64,000 nt of DNA from an uncultured bacterium (GTDB lineage Bacteria; Zixibacteria; MSB-5A5; JAABVY01; JAHJOQ01): the NCBI GenBank assembly GCA_965369655.1, contig CBDUQR010000003.1, forward strand, positions 43,225-107,224, written 5' to 3'. Positions 51,277 to 61,454 of this stretch are shown here, piece after piece (within the stretch, counting starts at the first letter, position 1; each line of letters opens with the position of its first letter). Both the position numbers and the translations under genes were made by a program. The notes below the pieces were generated by a model, which saw only the letters and a program-made list of their open reading frames with translations, had not been told where the DNA came from and ran no database searches.

Positions 51277-52200
51277 CTATTTCCCAATCTCCTGAAGTAT
51301 CTTGATGTAACTCTCGTATCTCTCGGGGAATATCTTCCCGGTTTTGACTGCATCTTTGACTGCGCAGTCAGGTTCGGTGTGATGGCTGCAATCGGAGAAT
51401 CTGCACTGTCTCGAAACTTCGGCTATCTCAAAGTAGAACTGGTCGATATCCTGTCGGTTGAGTCTGGTCAGTCCGAGGGCGCGCAGTCCCGGAGTATCCA
51501 CGACATATCCGCCGCATTCGAGCGGGAAGAGTTCGACGACAGTAGTTATGTGTTTTCCCTTTCCGGTCTTGTCGGATACCGTTCCCGTACGGAGCCTGAG
51601 ACCAGGCTGCACGGCGTTCAACAAGCTCGACTTGCCTGTGCCGGACTGTCCCACAATTACTGATTCCCTGCCGCTCAGTTTATTCCTGAGTTGATCGACG
51701 CCGAGACCTTCAGACGCGCTCGTCAGTATTACATCGATACCGACAGAGCGGTAAATCTTCTCGATCCGGCCGAGATTGATAGTATGTGCCAGATCCGTCT
51801 TGTTGATCACAACCACTGGCTGCATCCCGCCCTGGATCGCAGTAATGATGAATCGGTCGATGAGGCGCAACCTGAACGGGGGATCCTTGACCGATGCCAC
51901 AGCGATCATCTGATCGATATTTGCGGCAATTAGTTGTTGCCGCTCTTTTCTGAGTGTCGTCTTTCTTTTTGCGAAGTATGTCTTTCGCGGAAGCACTTCT
52001 GTTATTACGCCGGTACGCTGCTCGCCGTCCGACGGCGGATTTGGATCAGTCTCGATTCTGACATCATCGCCGACCACAACCGGCGAGAGCTCGAACTCGG
52101 CGCTCTTCTTCACCGACCCCCTGACAGAACAGAGCACAATCTCATCCGACAGCTTCACGTGGAAAGTACGCCCTGCGATTTTTATTACTCGACCTGTCAA
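51277..52200 (-). CDS. rsgA: Ribosome small subunit-dependent GTPase A
   Basis: 'VVGDDV', 'ANID', 'NKTDL', 'GQSGTGKSS', 'GKHITT', 'DTPG', 'CRFSDCSHHTEPDC'. Confidence 0.96.
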   Translation of the reverse strand: MTGRVIKIAGRTFHVKLSDEIVLCSVRGSVKKSAEFELSPVVVGDDVRIETDPNPPSDGEQRTGVITEVLPRKTYFAKRKTTLRKERQQLIAANIDQMIAVASVKDPPFRLRLIDRFIITAIQGGMQPVVVINKTDLAHTINLGRIEKIYRSVGIDVILTSASEGLGVDQLRNKLSGRESVIVGQSGTGKSSLLNAVQPGLRLRTGTVSDKTGKGKHITTVVELFPLECGGYVVDTPGLRALGLTRLNRQDIDQFYFEIAEVSRQCRFSDCSHHTEPDCAVKDAVKTGKIFPERYESYIKILQEIGK

Positions 52201-52270
52201 ATAGTTTCTGCTCTCTGTGTGGTCTCTCGATCTGTCGCCTTATCAACTCCCACAGATCATTTGATGATTA

Positions 52271-52299
52271 AGTTTACAACTTATAAACACTGCTGTCAA
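52271..52299 (-). promoter_or_regulatory. Putative sigma70 promoter of rsgA
   Basis: Minus strand TTGACA-N17-TAAACT. Confidence 0.6.
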
Positions 52300-52399
52300 T
52301 CTCAAGATTCTCGGCCTTAAGACAGCGACCTCTCGAATTCGCTTTGCACTTATGGCCTCTGAAGCATATTATCACTTTCTGGAGGTTTTGGACGACTAT

Positions 52400-53413
52400 A
52401 TGCAATCTGACCAACTGCCACAGGTTTCGATTCTGCTCGCTATTCGCAACGAGGAAGAGCATCTTGACAGATGCCTCGCGTCAATAGTGTCACAGGACTA
52501 TCCACGCGACAGTATCGAGATCATCCTCGTCGATGGCATGTCGATCGACATGACGCTGGAAATCATCGAGAGTTGGAAAAGAAAAGACTCCCGCATTCGA
52601 TCGCTGCAAAATCCTCGAATGATCGTCTCGACCGGTATGAATATTGGCATCGCGGAGGCGAGCCATGACCTGATCCTCTGGACATCGGGTCATGTCATCC
52701 TGCAGCCCGATCACATCAGGCGATGTGTGGATACGATGGAGAAAACGAATGCATCTGCCGTCGGCGGGGTGCTACAGGCAGCCGCCCTTACATCAACAGG
52801 TAAGATTAATGCCGCTGTCCTGTCGTCACGCTTCGGCATAGGCAACGCGCCCCACAGAGTTGCGACGAGATCCGGGTGGGTGCCAGCGGTTACGATGGCA
52901 TTATACAGGAAGCAGGCTATTATCAGGGTCGGCGGGTTCGATGAGTCTCTTCCGCGCAGCCAGGATAACGATCTACACGATCGCATGAATAGAATCGGCG
53001 AACGATCGTATCTTGACGTCAATATCAAACCGACCTATCTCTGTCGGGAAACATTCGGAGGATTCCTGAAGCAGGCATGGACCAACGGCCTCTGGAATAT
53101 AATAATCACAAAGACGGGCGGGCGCGGTTTCAATCTGCGCCACTTCGTGCCGATGATCTTTGTCGGCGTCATAGCTCTGTTGCTCGTACTGCTGGCCTTT
53201 ACTGATCTGGCTCTCTATCCGTTGCTCGGTATTTTGGCTGTATATGCTTGTGTAACTTTGGCTTCGTCGATTGTCGTAGCTCTTTCGAGATCCATGACCT
53301 GGCAGATTCTGGTAATACCAATGTGGTTTCTCAGCCTGCACCTGACCTACGGCGCAGGCTCATGGGCCGGACTGATCCGGCCATCTGATTCCGCGCCTGA
53401 AAAACAGCGCTAA
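52400..53413 (+). CDS. Glycosyltransferase family 2 (ExoA-like)
   Basis: 'VSILLAIRNEE', 'VDGMSID', 'GGFDESL.RSQD', C-terminal TMs 'RHFVP...HLTYGAG'; GGAGG upstream of ATG 52400. Confidence 0.9.
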   Translation: MQSDQLPQVSILLAIRNEEEHLDRCLASIVSQDYPRDSIEIILVDGMSIDMTLEIIESWKRKDSRIRSLQNPRMIVSTGMNIGIAEASHDLILWTSGHVILQPDHIRRCVDTMEKTNASAVGGVLQAAALTSTGKINAAVLSSRFGIGNAPHRVATRSGWVPAVTMALYRKQAIIRVGGFDESLPRSQDNDLHDRMNRIGERSYLDVNIKPTYLCRETFGGFLKQAWTNGLWNIIITKTGGRGFNLRHFVPMIFVGVIALLLVLLAFTDLALYPLLGILAVYACVTLASSIVVALSRSMTWQILVIPMWFLSLHLTYGAGSWAGLIRPSDSAPEKQR

Positions 53414-53552
53414 TTTTAATGCATTGTATCGCAATGGGTTGTAGGGGGGGGCTCGATGGGTTGGTTGTTGTTTGCCCTATGTTTTGGAAATACCTGTCGC
53501 TCAGGGGCTTAATAATTCTCTCGCAAGAAATCGGAAGCCTGCACTGATGACT

Positions 53553-53600
53553 CCACAATATGATGTGGAATACAACATCCTGAACCACAATATATTGAGA
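53553..53600. promoter_or_regulatory. Tandem NrdR boxes upstream of thyX-nrdJ
   Basis: CCACAATATGATGTGG (53553-53568) and CCACAATATATTGAGA (53585-53600), 32 bp apart, resembling the acaCwAtATaTwGtgt consensus. Confidence 0.75.
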
Positions 53601-53940
53601 ATTTCCCAAGATTATTGACAAAAAAACCTTGCCGATTCAATTGCACTGGTATAAATTAACTGCGCCATGAGAATAATGGCAAGCTTCAGCTTATTACGGT
53701 AACTTCTTGTTGTCTATTATAATAGCTGGAATGGAAAGAATGCGGTGGTGGGTGATTGTGTGTCGGAATCAAGTAAGGACCTAATATGATGATACATAGT
53801 TACTTGCATAGCCCGGCAAATCGAAACAACTGTGCGCTTGAAAATGATTGTCATATACGAGGTTTGAAATAGGTTTTATACGCGATGTTGGAATATCCGA
53901 CTCTACATAGATTGACTGCTTATCGAGAGGGTTTCAACCA

Positions 53941-54636
53941 ATGGAAGGTCAGTTGACTGAGAAACAACAGGACACGGAAGTCCGAAAAGCTGTCCCGGAG
54001 GTTATCCTGGTGGCGATCACGCCTGATGGCGAGGATGTCATCGAGCGCGCCTGCCGGACATGCTATCTGTCATTTCACAGATATGACCCGCCGGCATCGA
54101 CCGATGTGCTGATCAGGAAGGTCATCTGCAAGGGTCATCATTCAGTGCTTGAGCATGCGTCCGCGACATTCAGGATCAAGGGAGCGTCGCGCGTATTTAC
54201 TCATGAGATGGTGAGGCACAGACTGATGTCGCCATCGCAGGAATCTCAGCGGTATGTGCACTATGGCTCGCGCAAGCCGTTTGAGGTTGTTCTGCCTGCG
54301 TCTGTTGCTGAGGCGGGATTTGCCGAGAAATACCTCGGAATGTCCGGCGAATGCTATCGGCTCTATCAGGAGATGGTCGATGCGGGAGTGCCGAAAGAGG
54401 ATGCGCGATATATCCTGCCGGGAGGAATAACCTCCGAGATCGTCGTGACCGCGAATTTCAGAGAGCTCCGGCACATTTTCTCCATCCGGTGTACCGAACG
54501 TGCACATTGGGAGATCAGGAAAATCTGTCTGGATATGTTGAGAATCATGAAGAAAGAGGCTCCGATAGTGTTCCGGGACTTCGAAATTGACGAGGAAAAG
54601 GGTATAGCCTTTCGTGTAGATGAGGAGGATAATTGA
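53941..54636 (+). CDS. thyX: FAD-dependent thymidylate synthase
   Basis: 'HHSVLEH', 'RHRLMSPSQESQRY', 'EDARYILP', 'AHWEIR'. Confidence 0.96.
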   Translation: MEGQLTEKQQDTEVRKAVPEVILVAITPDGEDVIERACRTCYLSFHRYDPPASTDVLIRKVICKGHHSVLEHASATFRIKGASRVFTHEMVRHRLMSPSQESQRYVHYGSRKPFEVVLPASVAEAGFAEKYLGMSGECYRLYQEMVDAGVPKEDARYILPGGITSEIVVTANFRELRHIFSIRCTERAHWEIRKICLDMLRIMKKEAPIVFRDFEIDEEKGIAFRVDEEDN

Positions 54637-56912
54637 TGCGTACAGATAAAAAACTGCAGCTTTCTGAGAATGCCATGAAGGTGCTTGAGCGCCGTTATCT
54701 GATAAAGGATAATGAAGGCCGTCCTGTTGAGACGCCGACAGAGATGTTCGCGAGAGTCGCAAAGACTATCGCTCTGGCGGACAAGAGCTATGGTGCATCC
54801 GATGAACAGGTCGAGGAGATTGCCGAGCATTTCTTTGGAGCGATGACGGATCTCGAGTTCCTGCCGAATTCGCCGACCCTGATGAACGCAGGTCGTCCGC
54901 TCGGCCAGTTGTCCGCTTGTTTCGTCCTGCCGGTGGGCGATTCGATGGAGGAGATATTCGATACCATCAAGCATGCTGCTCTGATTCACAAGTCGGGCGG
55001 CGGGACCGGGTTTGCATTCTCGCGTCTCCGTCCTCGCAACTCGGTGGTAGCATCGACATCGGGCGTGGCGTCCGGGCCGGTGTCATTCATGAAGGTCTTC
55101 AACGCCGCGACGGAAGCTGTCAAACAGGGTGGTACGCGTCGAGGCGCCAATATGGGTGTGCTCCGCGTCGATCATCCGGATATTCTCGAATTCATTTCGT
55201 GCAAGGACGATGTCAAAGAGATAACCAATTTCAATATCTCTGTGGCTGTGACCGACGAGTTCATGCGGGCTGTCGAGGAAAAACGGGAGTACGCCACGAT
55301 CAATCCGCGCACAAACGAGGTATTCATCCGGGATGGCAAGCCGTTGTATCTGGACGCCGTAGATGTTTTTGAGGAGATAGTAAATCATGCGTGGAAGACA
55401 GGTGAGCCTGGAATTATTTTCGTCGACAGGATGAACGAGTCGAATCCTACAAAAAAAATCGAGCAGATCGAAGCCACCAATCCGTGCGGCGAACAACCGC
55501 TTCCACCTTATGATTCCTGCAATCTCGCATCGATCAACTTAAGCAAAGTCATGCTCGATCCGCTGCCCTCGGATTACTCGCCAAGGGAACCTGAAAAGGG
55601 AATCGACTGGAGCAAACTGCACGAACTCGTCAAGCTTGGCGTGCATTTCCTCGACAATGTGATCGACCAGAACAGGTATCCCATCCGCGAGATCGAGGAA
55701 CAGACTCACGCGAGCAGGCGAATTGGTCTGGGCGTAATGGGCTGGGCGGACCTGCTCGTCCAGTTGCAAATACCATACAATTCCGAGGCTGCGCTTGATC
55801 TGGGCGAGAAGGTCATGGAGTTTATCAACACAAAAGGCCATTTCCATTCCTCCGAACTTGCCAAATCGCGTGGGAAATTCCCGAAGTGGTCATACTCCAT
55901 TTTCGCCGACGATGGTGTTGCGATGAGAAATGCCACTGTCACGACTGTAGCGCCGACAGGCACGATCTCGATCATATCAGGCTGTTCATCCGGCGTCGAG
56001 CCGTATTATGCCGTGTCATTCGTGCGCAACGTGATGGATAATACTAAGTTAGTCGACGCCAATCCATTCTTCGAAAAGGTTGCGAAAGAGCGCGGATTCT
56101 ATTCTCCAGAGTTGATGGAAAAGGTCGCCAACAGCAACAGCCTACGCGGTTTTGATGAGATTCCCGAGGATGTCAAACGCGTATTCGTAACTGCCGCAGA
56201 CGTTTCTCCTGAGATGCATGTCAGGATGCAGGCGGTCTTTCAGAAACATTGCGATACGAGTATCTCGAAAACGATCAACTTCCCATCGGATGCCACGCGC
56301 GATGATGTGAAAACGGCGTACTGGCTCGCGTTCAAGCTTGGCTGCAAAGGCGTGACGATCTACCGCGACGGCAGCCGTACCGATCAGGTTCTGTCGACAG
56401 GAGCCACGCCCGGCTCCGAGTCGTCGGGCGCTGCTGCGGAACAGGAATCAACGGTCTTTTACAAACCGGTGGTCATGGCCCGCCCAGACTGCCTGAACGG
56501 GATTACCGAGAAAATCAGGACAGGTTACGGGAATCTCTATATCACCATCAACACCTATGATGACAGACCGTTTGAGGTGTTCGCGCAAATCGGTAAATCC
56601 GGCTTTTCCACGATGGCCGATACCGAGGCCGTCTGCCGTCTAATCTCACTGTCGCTAAGATCAGGCATCTCCGTTGACGATATAATAGAACAGTTGCTCG
56701 GCATCGGCGGCGCATCGCCCATCTACCAAAACGGTGGAGTGGTGATGTCGATCCCCGATGCAATCGCTAAAGTTCTCAAGAAGCATTTCGGAAACGGGGA
56801 GCAGGGTGTCAACGGCCAGAACGTCTATGATGTCTGTCCTGATTGTGGCGGACGAGTTCAGCACGACTCGGGCTGCGTGGTTTGTCCATCCTGTGGTTTT
56901 TCGAAATGCTGA
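54636..56912 (+). CDS. nrdJ: Vitamin B12-dependent (class II) ribonucleotide reductase with C-terminal TSCPD/Zn-ribbon
   Basis: '[10 protein letters not shown]', 'LSACFV', '[10 protein letters not shown]', 'TNPCGEQ', 'CNLASINL', 'APTGTIS', C-terminal CPDC...CPSC; no R2 gene nearby. Confidence 0.93.
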   Translation: MRTDKKLQLSENAMKVLERRYLIKDNEGRPVETPTEMFARVAKTIALADKSYGASDEQVEEIAEHFFGAMTDLEFLPNSPTLMNAGRPLGQLSACFVLPVGDSMEEIFDTIKHAALIHKSGGGTGFAFSRLRPRNSVVASTSGVASGPVSFMKVFNAATEAVKQGGTRRGANMGVLRVDHPDILEFISCKDDVKEITNFNISVAVTDEFMRAVEEKREYATINPRTNEVFIRDGKPLYLDAVDVFEEIVNHAWKTGEPGIIFVDRMNESNPTKKIEQIEATNPCGEQPLPPYDSCNLASINLSKVMLDPLPSDYSPREPEKGIDWSKLHELVKLGVHFLDNVIDQNRYPIREIEEQTHASRRIGLGVMGWADLLVQLQIPYNSEAALDLGEKVMEFINTKGHFHSSELAKSRGKFPKWSYSIFADDGVAMRNATVTTVAPTGTISIISGCSSGVEPYYAVSFVRNVMDNTKLVDANPFFEKVAKERGFYSPELMEKVANSNSLRGFDEIPEDVKRVFVTAADVSPEMHVRMQAVFQKHCDTSISKTINFPSDATRDDVKTAYWLAFKLGCKGVTIYRDGSRTDQVLSTGATPGSESSGAAAEQESTVFYKPVVMARPDCLNGITEKIRTGYGNLYITINTYDDRPFEVFAQIGKSGFSTMADTEAVCRLISLSLRSGISVDDIIEQLLGIGGASPIYQNGGVVMSIPDAIAKVLKKHFGNGEQGVNGQNVYDVCPDCGGRVQHDSGCVVCPSCGFSKC

Positions 56913-56927
56913 TCTGATCAGCATCCG

Positions 56928-57539
56928 ATGAACAGGTTTCTGCCTGCGGGACGGCTCTCGAAGGTCACCGAAGACGGTGTACTGCTGCAGATTCAGACCG
57001 AGTTCTCGTGGCATCCCAATCCTCGTGTGGCTACGACTGTCTGTCTCGATGGGGTGGTTCTTCACAAGATTCAGAAAGACTGGGATGCTGCCGTCGAAAC
57101 GGAACCGCAGCAGAGAGCGGTCGAGAATTTTCTAAACAGACAGCACGACGAGATCGTGTCGGTTATCCAGTCTCAGAAGGCGGAACTTGTCCGGGGGCAT
57201 CGCTCAAGAGACATCGTAGCTATACTCGATCAACTCTTCGAGATTCGTGGCGTAACCGCCGCATGGTGTCTTAACGATGTCGGGCTTGTGGCTGCGAGGG
57301 CGAGTGACGACGAACCGGAGCCTCGCAATTATGATCTGTCGCGCAGTCTGACATCCATGTGCGGTTTCCTGTGCAATGTCTCAACTCTCGGGGATACGAT
57401 CGAAGGGGCGGCGGTTTTAGATGACTACAGTTTGATAATCGTGCGCCGTGAGTCGGATTACTATGTGGTCGAGTTCGATTCCGGTGTTGATTATACCGGA
57501 ATCCTCAAGACAGTCAGATCGATAATGGGGAACGCCTGA
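56928..57539 (+). CDS. Hypothetical protein with a possible C-terminal roadblock/LC7-like domain
   Basis: 'ILDQLFEIRGVTAAWCLNDVGLVAA' resembles a roadblock-fold N-terminus; recognised by eye only. Confidence 0.5.
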   Translation: MNRFLPAGRLSKVTEDGVLLQIQTEFSWHPNPRVATTVCLDGVVLHKIQKDWDAAVETEPQQRAVENFLNRQHDEIVSVIQSQKAELVRGHRSRDIVAILDQLFEIRGVTAAWCLNDVGLVAARASDDEPEPRNYDLSRSLTSMCGFLCNVSTLGDTIEGAAVLDDYSLIIVRRESDYYVVEFDSGVDYTGILKTVRSIMGNA

Positions 57540-58294
57540 TGGACAGAATCTTAGAACAGATTCGCGGCGTGGCGGGAGTGATCGGGGTCCTTGTATATGA
57601 TCGAACTTCAGCCGGAATGTTCCGCCTTCTGCCCTCGCGGTTTGATGGCCGCATATCAGATGAGTTGGAATCGAGATTGAAAGAGATAGTGGACTATCTC
57701 ACCGAGGATGCTTCAGCCAATATGAGAATGCGTTTCGAGTCAGGATGGCTGATCATACGGTCGGCTCGCCGCTTCGCGGTGCTCGTCATCGCCAGGGAAG
57801 AAGTGAACATCGATACGTTGAATCTCGTACTGAAAGCGTCGTTTGCCACGCTTCAACACACGCACAGCGCAATCATCGATGCAGCGGTTGTGCACGAATA
57901 CAATCCCGCTTCTCCTTATATTCTGATCGAAGCAATGAACAGAATCGTCGAATTCCTCTCGATGACCACAGCAAAGGGTCCGATGACGATGGCTGGTATG
58001 CTGCGCAGGACAAAAAATGCGCTTCTCGAATCTCGTCCGGCCCTGAAACATTTCTCGGTCGACAACAATGGTCGTGTCGGGCTCATTCGCGGATCTGAGA
58101 AGCATCTCGATGTGTCGATAGTCGAGGCATTCGCGCACTGGACTCATGCGATCAAGGAGACTGTTTCATCTTCAGTGCCGATTTTCGGATTCGATATAGT
58201 CGAAATCACGAAAGATTCCGAAAGCGATCTGACACGCCTCGGATTCTACTCCGCTTTCCGTAGAGCAACCGCAAAACCAGTCAGCAAGAGCTGA
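57539..58294 (+). CDS. Hypothetical protein with a possible N-terminal roadblock/LC7-like domain
   Basis: 'MDRILEQIRGVAGVIGVLVYD'; TGATG coupling to the upstream gene. Confidence 0.5.
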   Translation: MDRILEQIRGVAGVIGVLVYDRTSAGMFRLLPSRFDGRISDELESRLKEIVDYLTEDASANMRMRFESGWLIIRSARRFAVLVIAREEVNIDTLNLVLKASFATLQHTHSAIIDAAVVHEYNPASPYILIEAMNRIVEFLSMTTAKGPMTMAGMLRRTKNALLESRPALKHFSVDNNGRVGLIRGSEKHLDVSIVEAFAHWTHAIKETVSSSVPIFGFDIVEITKDSESDLTRLGFYSAFRRATAKPVSKS

Positions 58295-58452
58295 TCAATT
58301 CGGGATATCCAATATCCACCAAGTAGCGCTTTGTGCGCAAAGATATCAGAAATATGCTTAAATGAGGGAAATAAGTAAAGTATACTTACCTTAATGAGCA
58401 GTTTCTGTGACTCTGGATAGCAAACAACAGATTTGTATGTCGGAAATAAGGC

Positions 58453-58506
58453 ATGCAAATTCTGTGTTCGCAGGGGTTGTGCCCCTGCGCCTTTCGTCGG
58501 AGCACA
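58453..58506 (+). repeat. 54-bp direct repeat, left copy
   Basis: 45/54 identity to 59245-59298 by manual alignment; contains the hairpin GCAGGGG-TTGTG-CCCCTGC. Confidence 0.85.
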
Positions 58507-58516
58507 AACACATGGC

Positions 58517-59092
58517 CTATTTGACTGATTTTAGAAAACGGTCTGTTCCTAATTCTCTTAAAGCGTGGCAAGCGGCATCGAAAGCCCATGTTACCTTATC
58601 AATAGCAGCTTTGCCTTCAATGATCGCAGCAATGTGTGTACTGAATTCCCACAGCAAAGTGCTCTTTGGAATCTCATCTTCTGAAGGCCATAGCTTTCGG
58701 CATTTTGAAAATTGATCCATAAAGTTTTTATAGTTCAAGTAACACTCATCTCTTATGGACTCCAGCATCTCTTGTGGTAAATTGCTATTCAGTCTCGAAA
58801 TCAAGATTTCAATGGTTCTGCTCGCAAGAATGTTTCTTGAATCGAGCCGCTGTTTAGGTGTGCAAACCGCTTCAAGCTCCCTATCTATATAGCATAACTG
58901 AAGAAATGTATATTCGCTACATAAACGAAACCATGTAGCGGCACTCAACTTAAGTTCGTAATCTTCTTTGGTATTAGATATTGACGAATGGAGTATATTA
59001 ACTGATTCAAATGCTATTGAGATAATCTGCTTTGCGAATTCATCAGCAAGTGCAATTGAGTTACAATTGTTGTCAGTCTCATCGGTGCTCAT
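58517..59092 (-). CDS. Hypothetical protein (AT-rich) between 54-bp direct repeats
   Basis: 191-aa ORF with a GAGG RBS; composition differs from the flanks. Confidence 0.65.
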   Translation of the reverse strand: MSTDETDNNCNSIALADEFAKQIISIAFESVNILHSSISNTKEDYELKLSAATWFRLCSEYTFLQLCYIDRELEAVCTPKQRLDSRNILASRTIEILISRLNSNLPQEMLESIRDECYLNYKNFMDQFSKCRKLWPSEDEIPKSTLLWEFSTHIAAIIEGKAAIDKVTWAFDAACHALRELGTDRFLKSVK

Positions 59093-59244
59093 TGGTTTAA
59101 TTCCTCAAGCCATAATCCCAGTGCTCGAAGTATTGGGATTGTAACAATCTACATCTGACTTATTCTACATTTCAGTCTCGATCAAACAGTGCTGGTCTTT
59201 AGCGAAGTTAATCAATCACTCCGTCTGGAACAAGCGGATTGTGG

Positions 59245-59298
59245 ATGCGAATTCTGTGCTCTCAGGAGCTGTGCCCCTGTGTCTTCCGTCGGAGCATA
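59245..59298 (+). repeat. 54-bp direct repeat, right copy
   Basis: ATGCGAATTCTGTGCTCTCAGGAGCTGTGCCCCTGTGTCTTCCGTCGGAGCATA. Confidence 0.85.
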
Positions 59299-59328
59299 GC
59301 TCCGAGCGCGTGGGACCTAATTAACTTC

Positions 59329-61446
59329 TCAAGTGAGTTCGATGACGCTGTCGGTCAGACCATCGTAGTGGTCGTGGCATGTCAGCAGGAATATCTGGTA
59401 ACGGTCGGCGAGTCGTTTGATGACATCAAGCGCGTTGCCTCGGCGCTGTTCATCGAATGTGATGAACGGATCGTCGAGAATGATTATCGGGTGCTTCTCC
59501 TCGGAGATTATCCTGACAAGCGCGAGCCGTGCGGCCAGGAAAAGTTGATCGACTGTCCCGCGCGAGAGGTGTCCCTGCGGATCGACCCAGTCCTCAAACT
59601 CGCTGGAGTAGACCTCGAATCTGAGGCTCTGTCGGTCGAATCGAACCTTTGAATACTTACCGTCGGTGACTTCGCTGAGAATCTGCGAGGTCTCATCGTC
59701 AAGCTGCTGCAACGTTGATTTGAGCACATCCTTGCGCGCTTTCTCGATGAAATCTCTGGTCTTTTCGAGAACGCGCAGGCGCCGATTCTTGCGAACCAGC
59801 ATTGAATCGATCTCCTCGATACGCTCTTCGATCGATGCCTGGTGTTCGATTCCCGATTCATCGTATTCGAGATGACGCTCCACAGTACTGAGATCAGATT
59901 CGAGCTTTTTCCTGCCCAATTCGAGCGCCTTGACCGAGTTCTCGAGTTCGGCGAGTTCGTCCGACTTCATCGAGTATACTTTCAGTTCCCGAAGTTTCTC
60001 GCTTTCCACCGCGAGATCTCTTGTCACTTCCTTGAGTTCATCCTCGATATCTTTCAGGCTCTTATCGCTGAGATGCTCGTCATATCGACGGACTTCGTTT
60101 TGGATTTCCTTTTCCAGCTCGGATCGCCTGTCGAAGCTTTCGCGCAATGATTCCGTGTCATCGAATTCGTGTTTGTCGAGTACAGTGTCGATAGACACCT
60201 GAGTTGATGTAATATCTTCCAGCATCTCATCGAGCCGGGCTTTTTTCACGGCATATTGAGCTCTAATCTCGGTACAGTTCCGGCTTCTCTTCGACCAGAA
60301 AAAGGCGAAGATACTGAACAAGGCGAGAGCGACTCCTGCGCCAATAAGGAAATTGACGTCAGTCATGCCGGTGAACTTGTACCAGTAGAAAGCTGCTCCA
60401 CTTGATCCGACAAAGGCGAGGTTAGTCAGCATCTTGATTGCGAATGACGGTTTGGACAGATCAATTCTCTCTGTCAGTTCATGAACTTCGGTCTCGGTGG
60501 TTGTCTTTTTGGCATCGAGATATCTTATCTGCGCACTCTGGTCCTCTGCGATTCTCAGGTCGGATTTCTCAATCTTCGGAAGTTCTGCCACTTCCTCGCG
60601 CAGCCTTTTCACAATCTGCTCTGAGCTTTCGACAGTACTTATACGAGACTTCAGGTCTCCAAACCGATTTTCGAGATCTGCGACTCTCTCTTCGACAAGA
60701 AGCGCTCGTCTGGAGTTCTTGTTCTGGATCGACTTGATCTCGAGTTCTTTATTCACGCGGGCAAGATTGTTTCTGATCTCCCTGAGCTTAGCCCTGTTGC
60801 CGCTGGTCGAATCGATCTCTCTTTTCGACTTGTCGAGTTCGTACTTTAACTCATCTCTGGTGATCTGAAACCTGGGGATATCTCCCTTGTGCTTATGGCC
60901 ATCCTTTGTCAGTTCCCTGATATGGGCTTTGATCTTGTCGATAGCTATGGATGCGAGCGCTTCCTCCTTGCCGCCTGTGATAAGCGCTTCGAGTCTGTCC
61001 TTGATAGCCTCGGGCGAATCGGATATTCTGGCGATCTCATCCTGTCTGATACAGGCGGTCGCGAGAAAGACTTCTTTATTCGAGAGACCGAGGTTGCCGG
61101 TTACGACAGAATCGATTCTTTTGCGATCATCTATCGTTTCTCCGGATGACTTTTTCAGCAGGCTGACATCGCCCGATTCGAAATCCTTTGACAATGTGTA
61201 TGTCAACCCCTCTGACTCAAAATCGAGGCTGATCTCGAAATCCTGCTCGGATCCCCAGCTTGTGCGCGCCTTGACCTCTTTTCGTTTCGTCTTCGGGTTC
61301 TCGAAAAGGGCGTCGGTCAGGGCATCCACGAGCGTCGACTTGCCGGCTTCGTTCGGTCCCTTTATCAGGTTTATGCCGGGTCCGAAATCGGTGGAAAACG
61401 ATTTCAATTTGCCGTAGCGACTTATTTCACACTTCTCAATACGCAT
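59329..61446 (-). CDS. YhaN/Rad50-like SMC-family ATPase with central TM helices
   Basis: Walker A 'GPNEAGKST', long coiled coil, signature 'LSRGTVDQLFLAARL', Walker B 'ILDDPF', 'LTCH'. Confidence 0.9.
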   Translation of the reverse strand: MRIEKCEISRYGKLKSFSTDFGPGINLIKGPNEAGKSTLVDALTDALFENPKTKRKEVKARTSWGSEQDFEISLDFESEGLTYTLSKDFESGDVSLLKKSSGETIDDRKRIDSVVTGNLGLSNKEVFLATACIRQDEIARISDSPEAIKDRLEALITGGKEEALASIAIDKIKAHIRELTKDGHKHKGDIPRFQITRDELKYELDKSKREIDSTSGNRAKLREIRNNLARVNKELEIKSIQNKNSRRALLVEERVADLENRFGDLKSRISTVESSEQIVKRLREEVAELPKIEKSDLRIAEDQSAQIRYLDAKKTTTETEVHELTERIDLSKPSFAIKMLTNLAFVGSSGAAFYWYKFTGMTDVNFLIGAGVALALFSIFAFFWSKRSRNCTEIRAQYAVKKARLDEMLEDITSTQVSIDTVLDKHEFDDTESLRESFDRRSELEKEIQNEVRRYDEHLSDKSLKDIEDELKEVTRDLAVESEKLRELKVYSMKSDELAELENSVKALELGRKKLESDLSTVERHLEYDESGIEHQASIEERIEEIDSMLVRKNRRLRVLEKTRDFIEKARKDVLKSTLQQLDDETSQILSEVTDGKYSKVRFDRQSLRFEVYSSEFEDWVDPQGHLSRGTVDQLFLAARLALVRIISEEKHPIIILDDPFITFDEQRRGNALDVIKRLADRYQIFLLTCHDHYDGLTDSVIELT

Positions 61447-61454
61447 GGCGCTGC

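Noticed and set aside
53620-53940. Cobalamin riboswitch upstream of thyX-nrdJ
   Set aside because: No B12-box or other conserved cobalamin-riboswitch core is visible; the NrdR boxes account for the regulatory signal.
58453-59298. Integron cassette with attC sites
   Set aside because: The repeats lack RYYYAAC...GTTRRRY ends and there is no integrase; they look REP-like.
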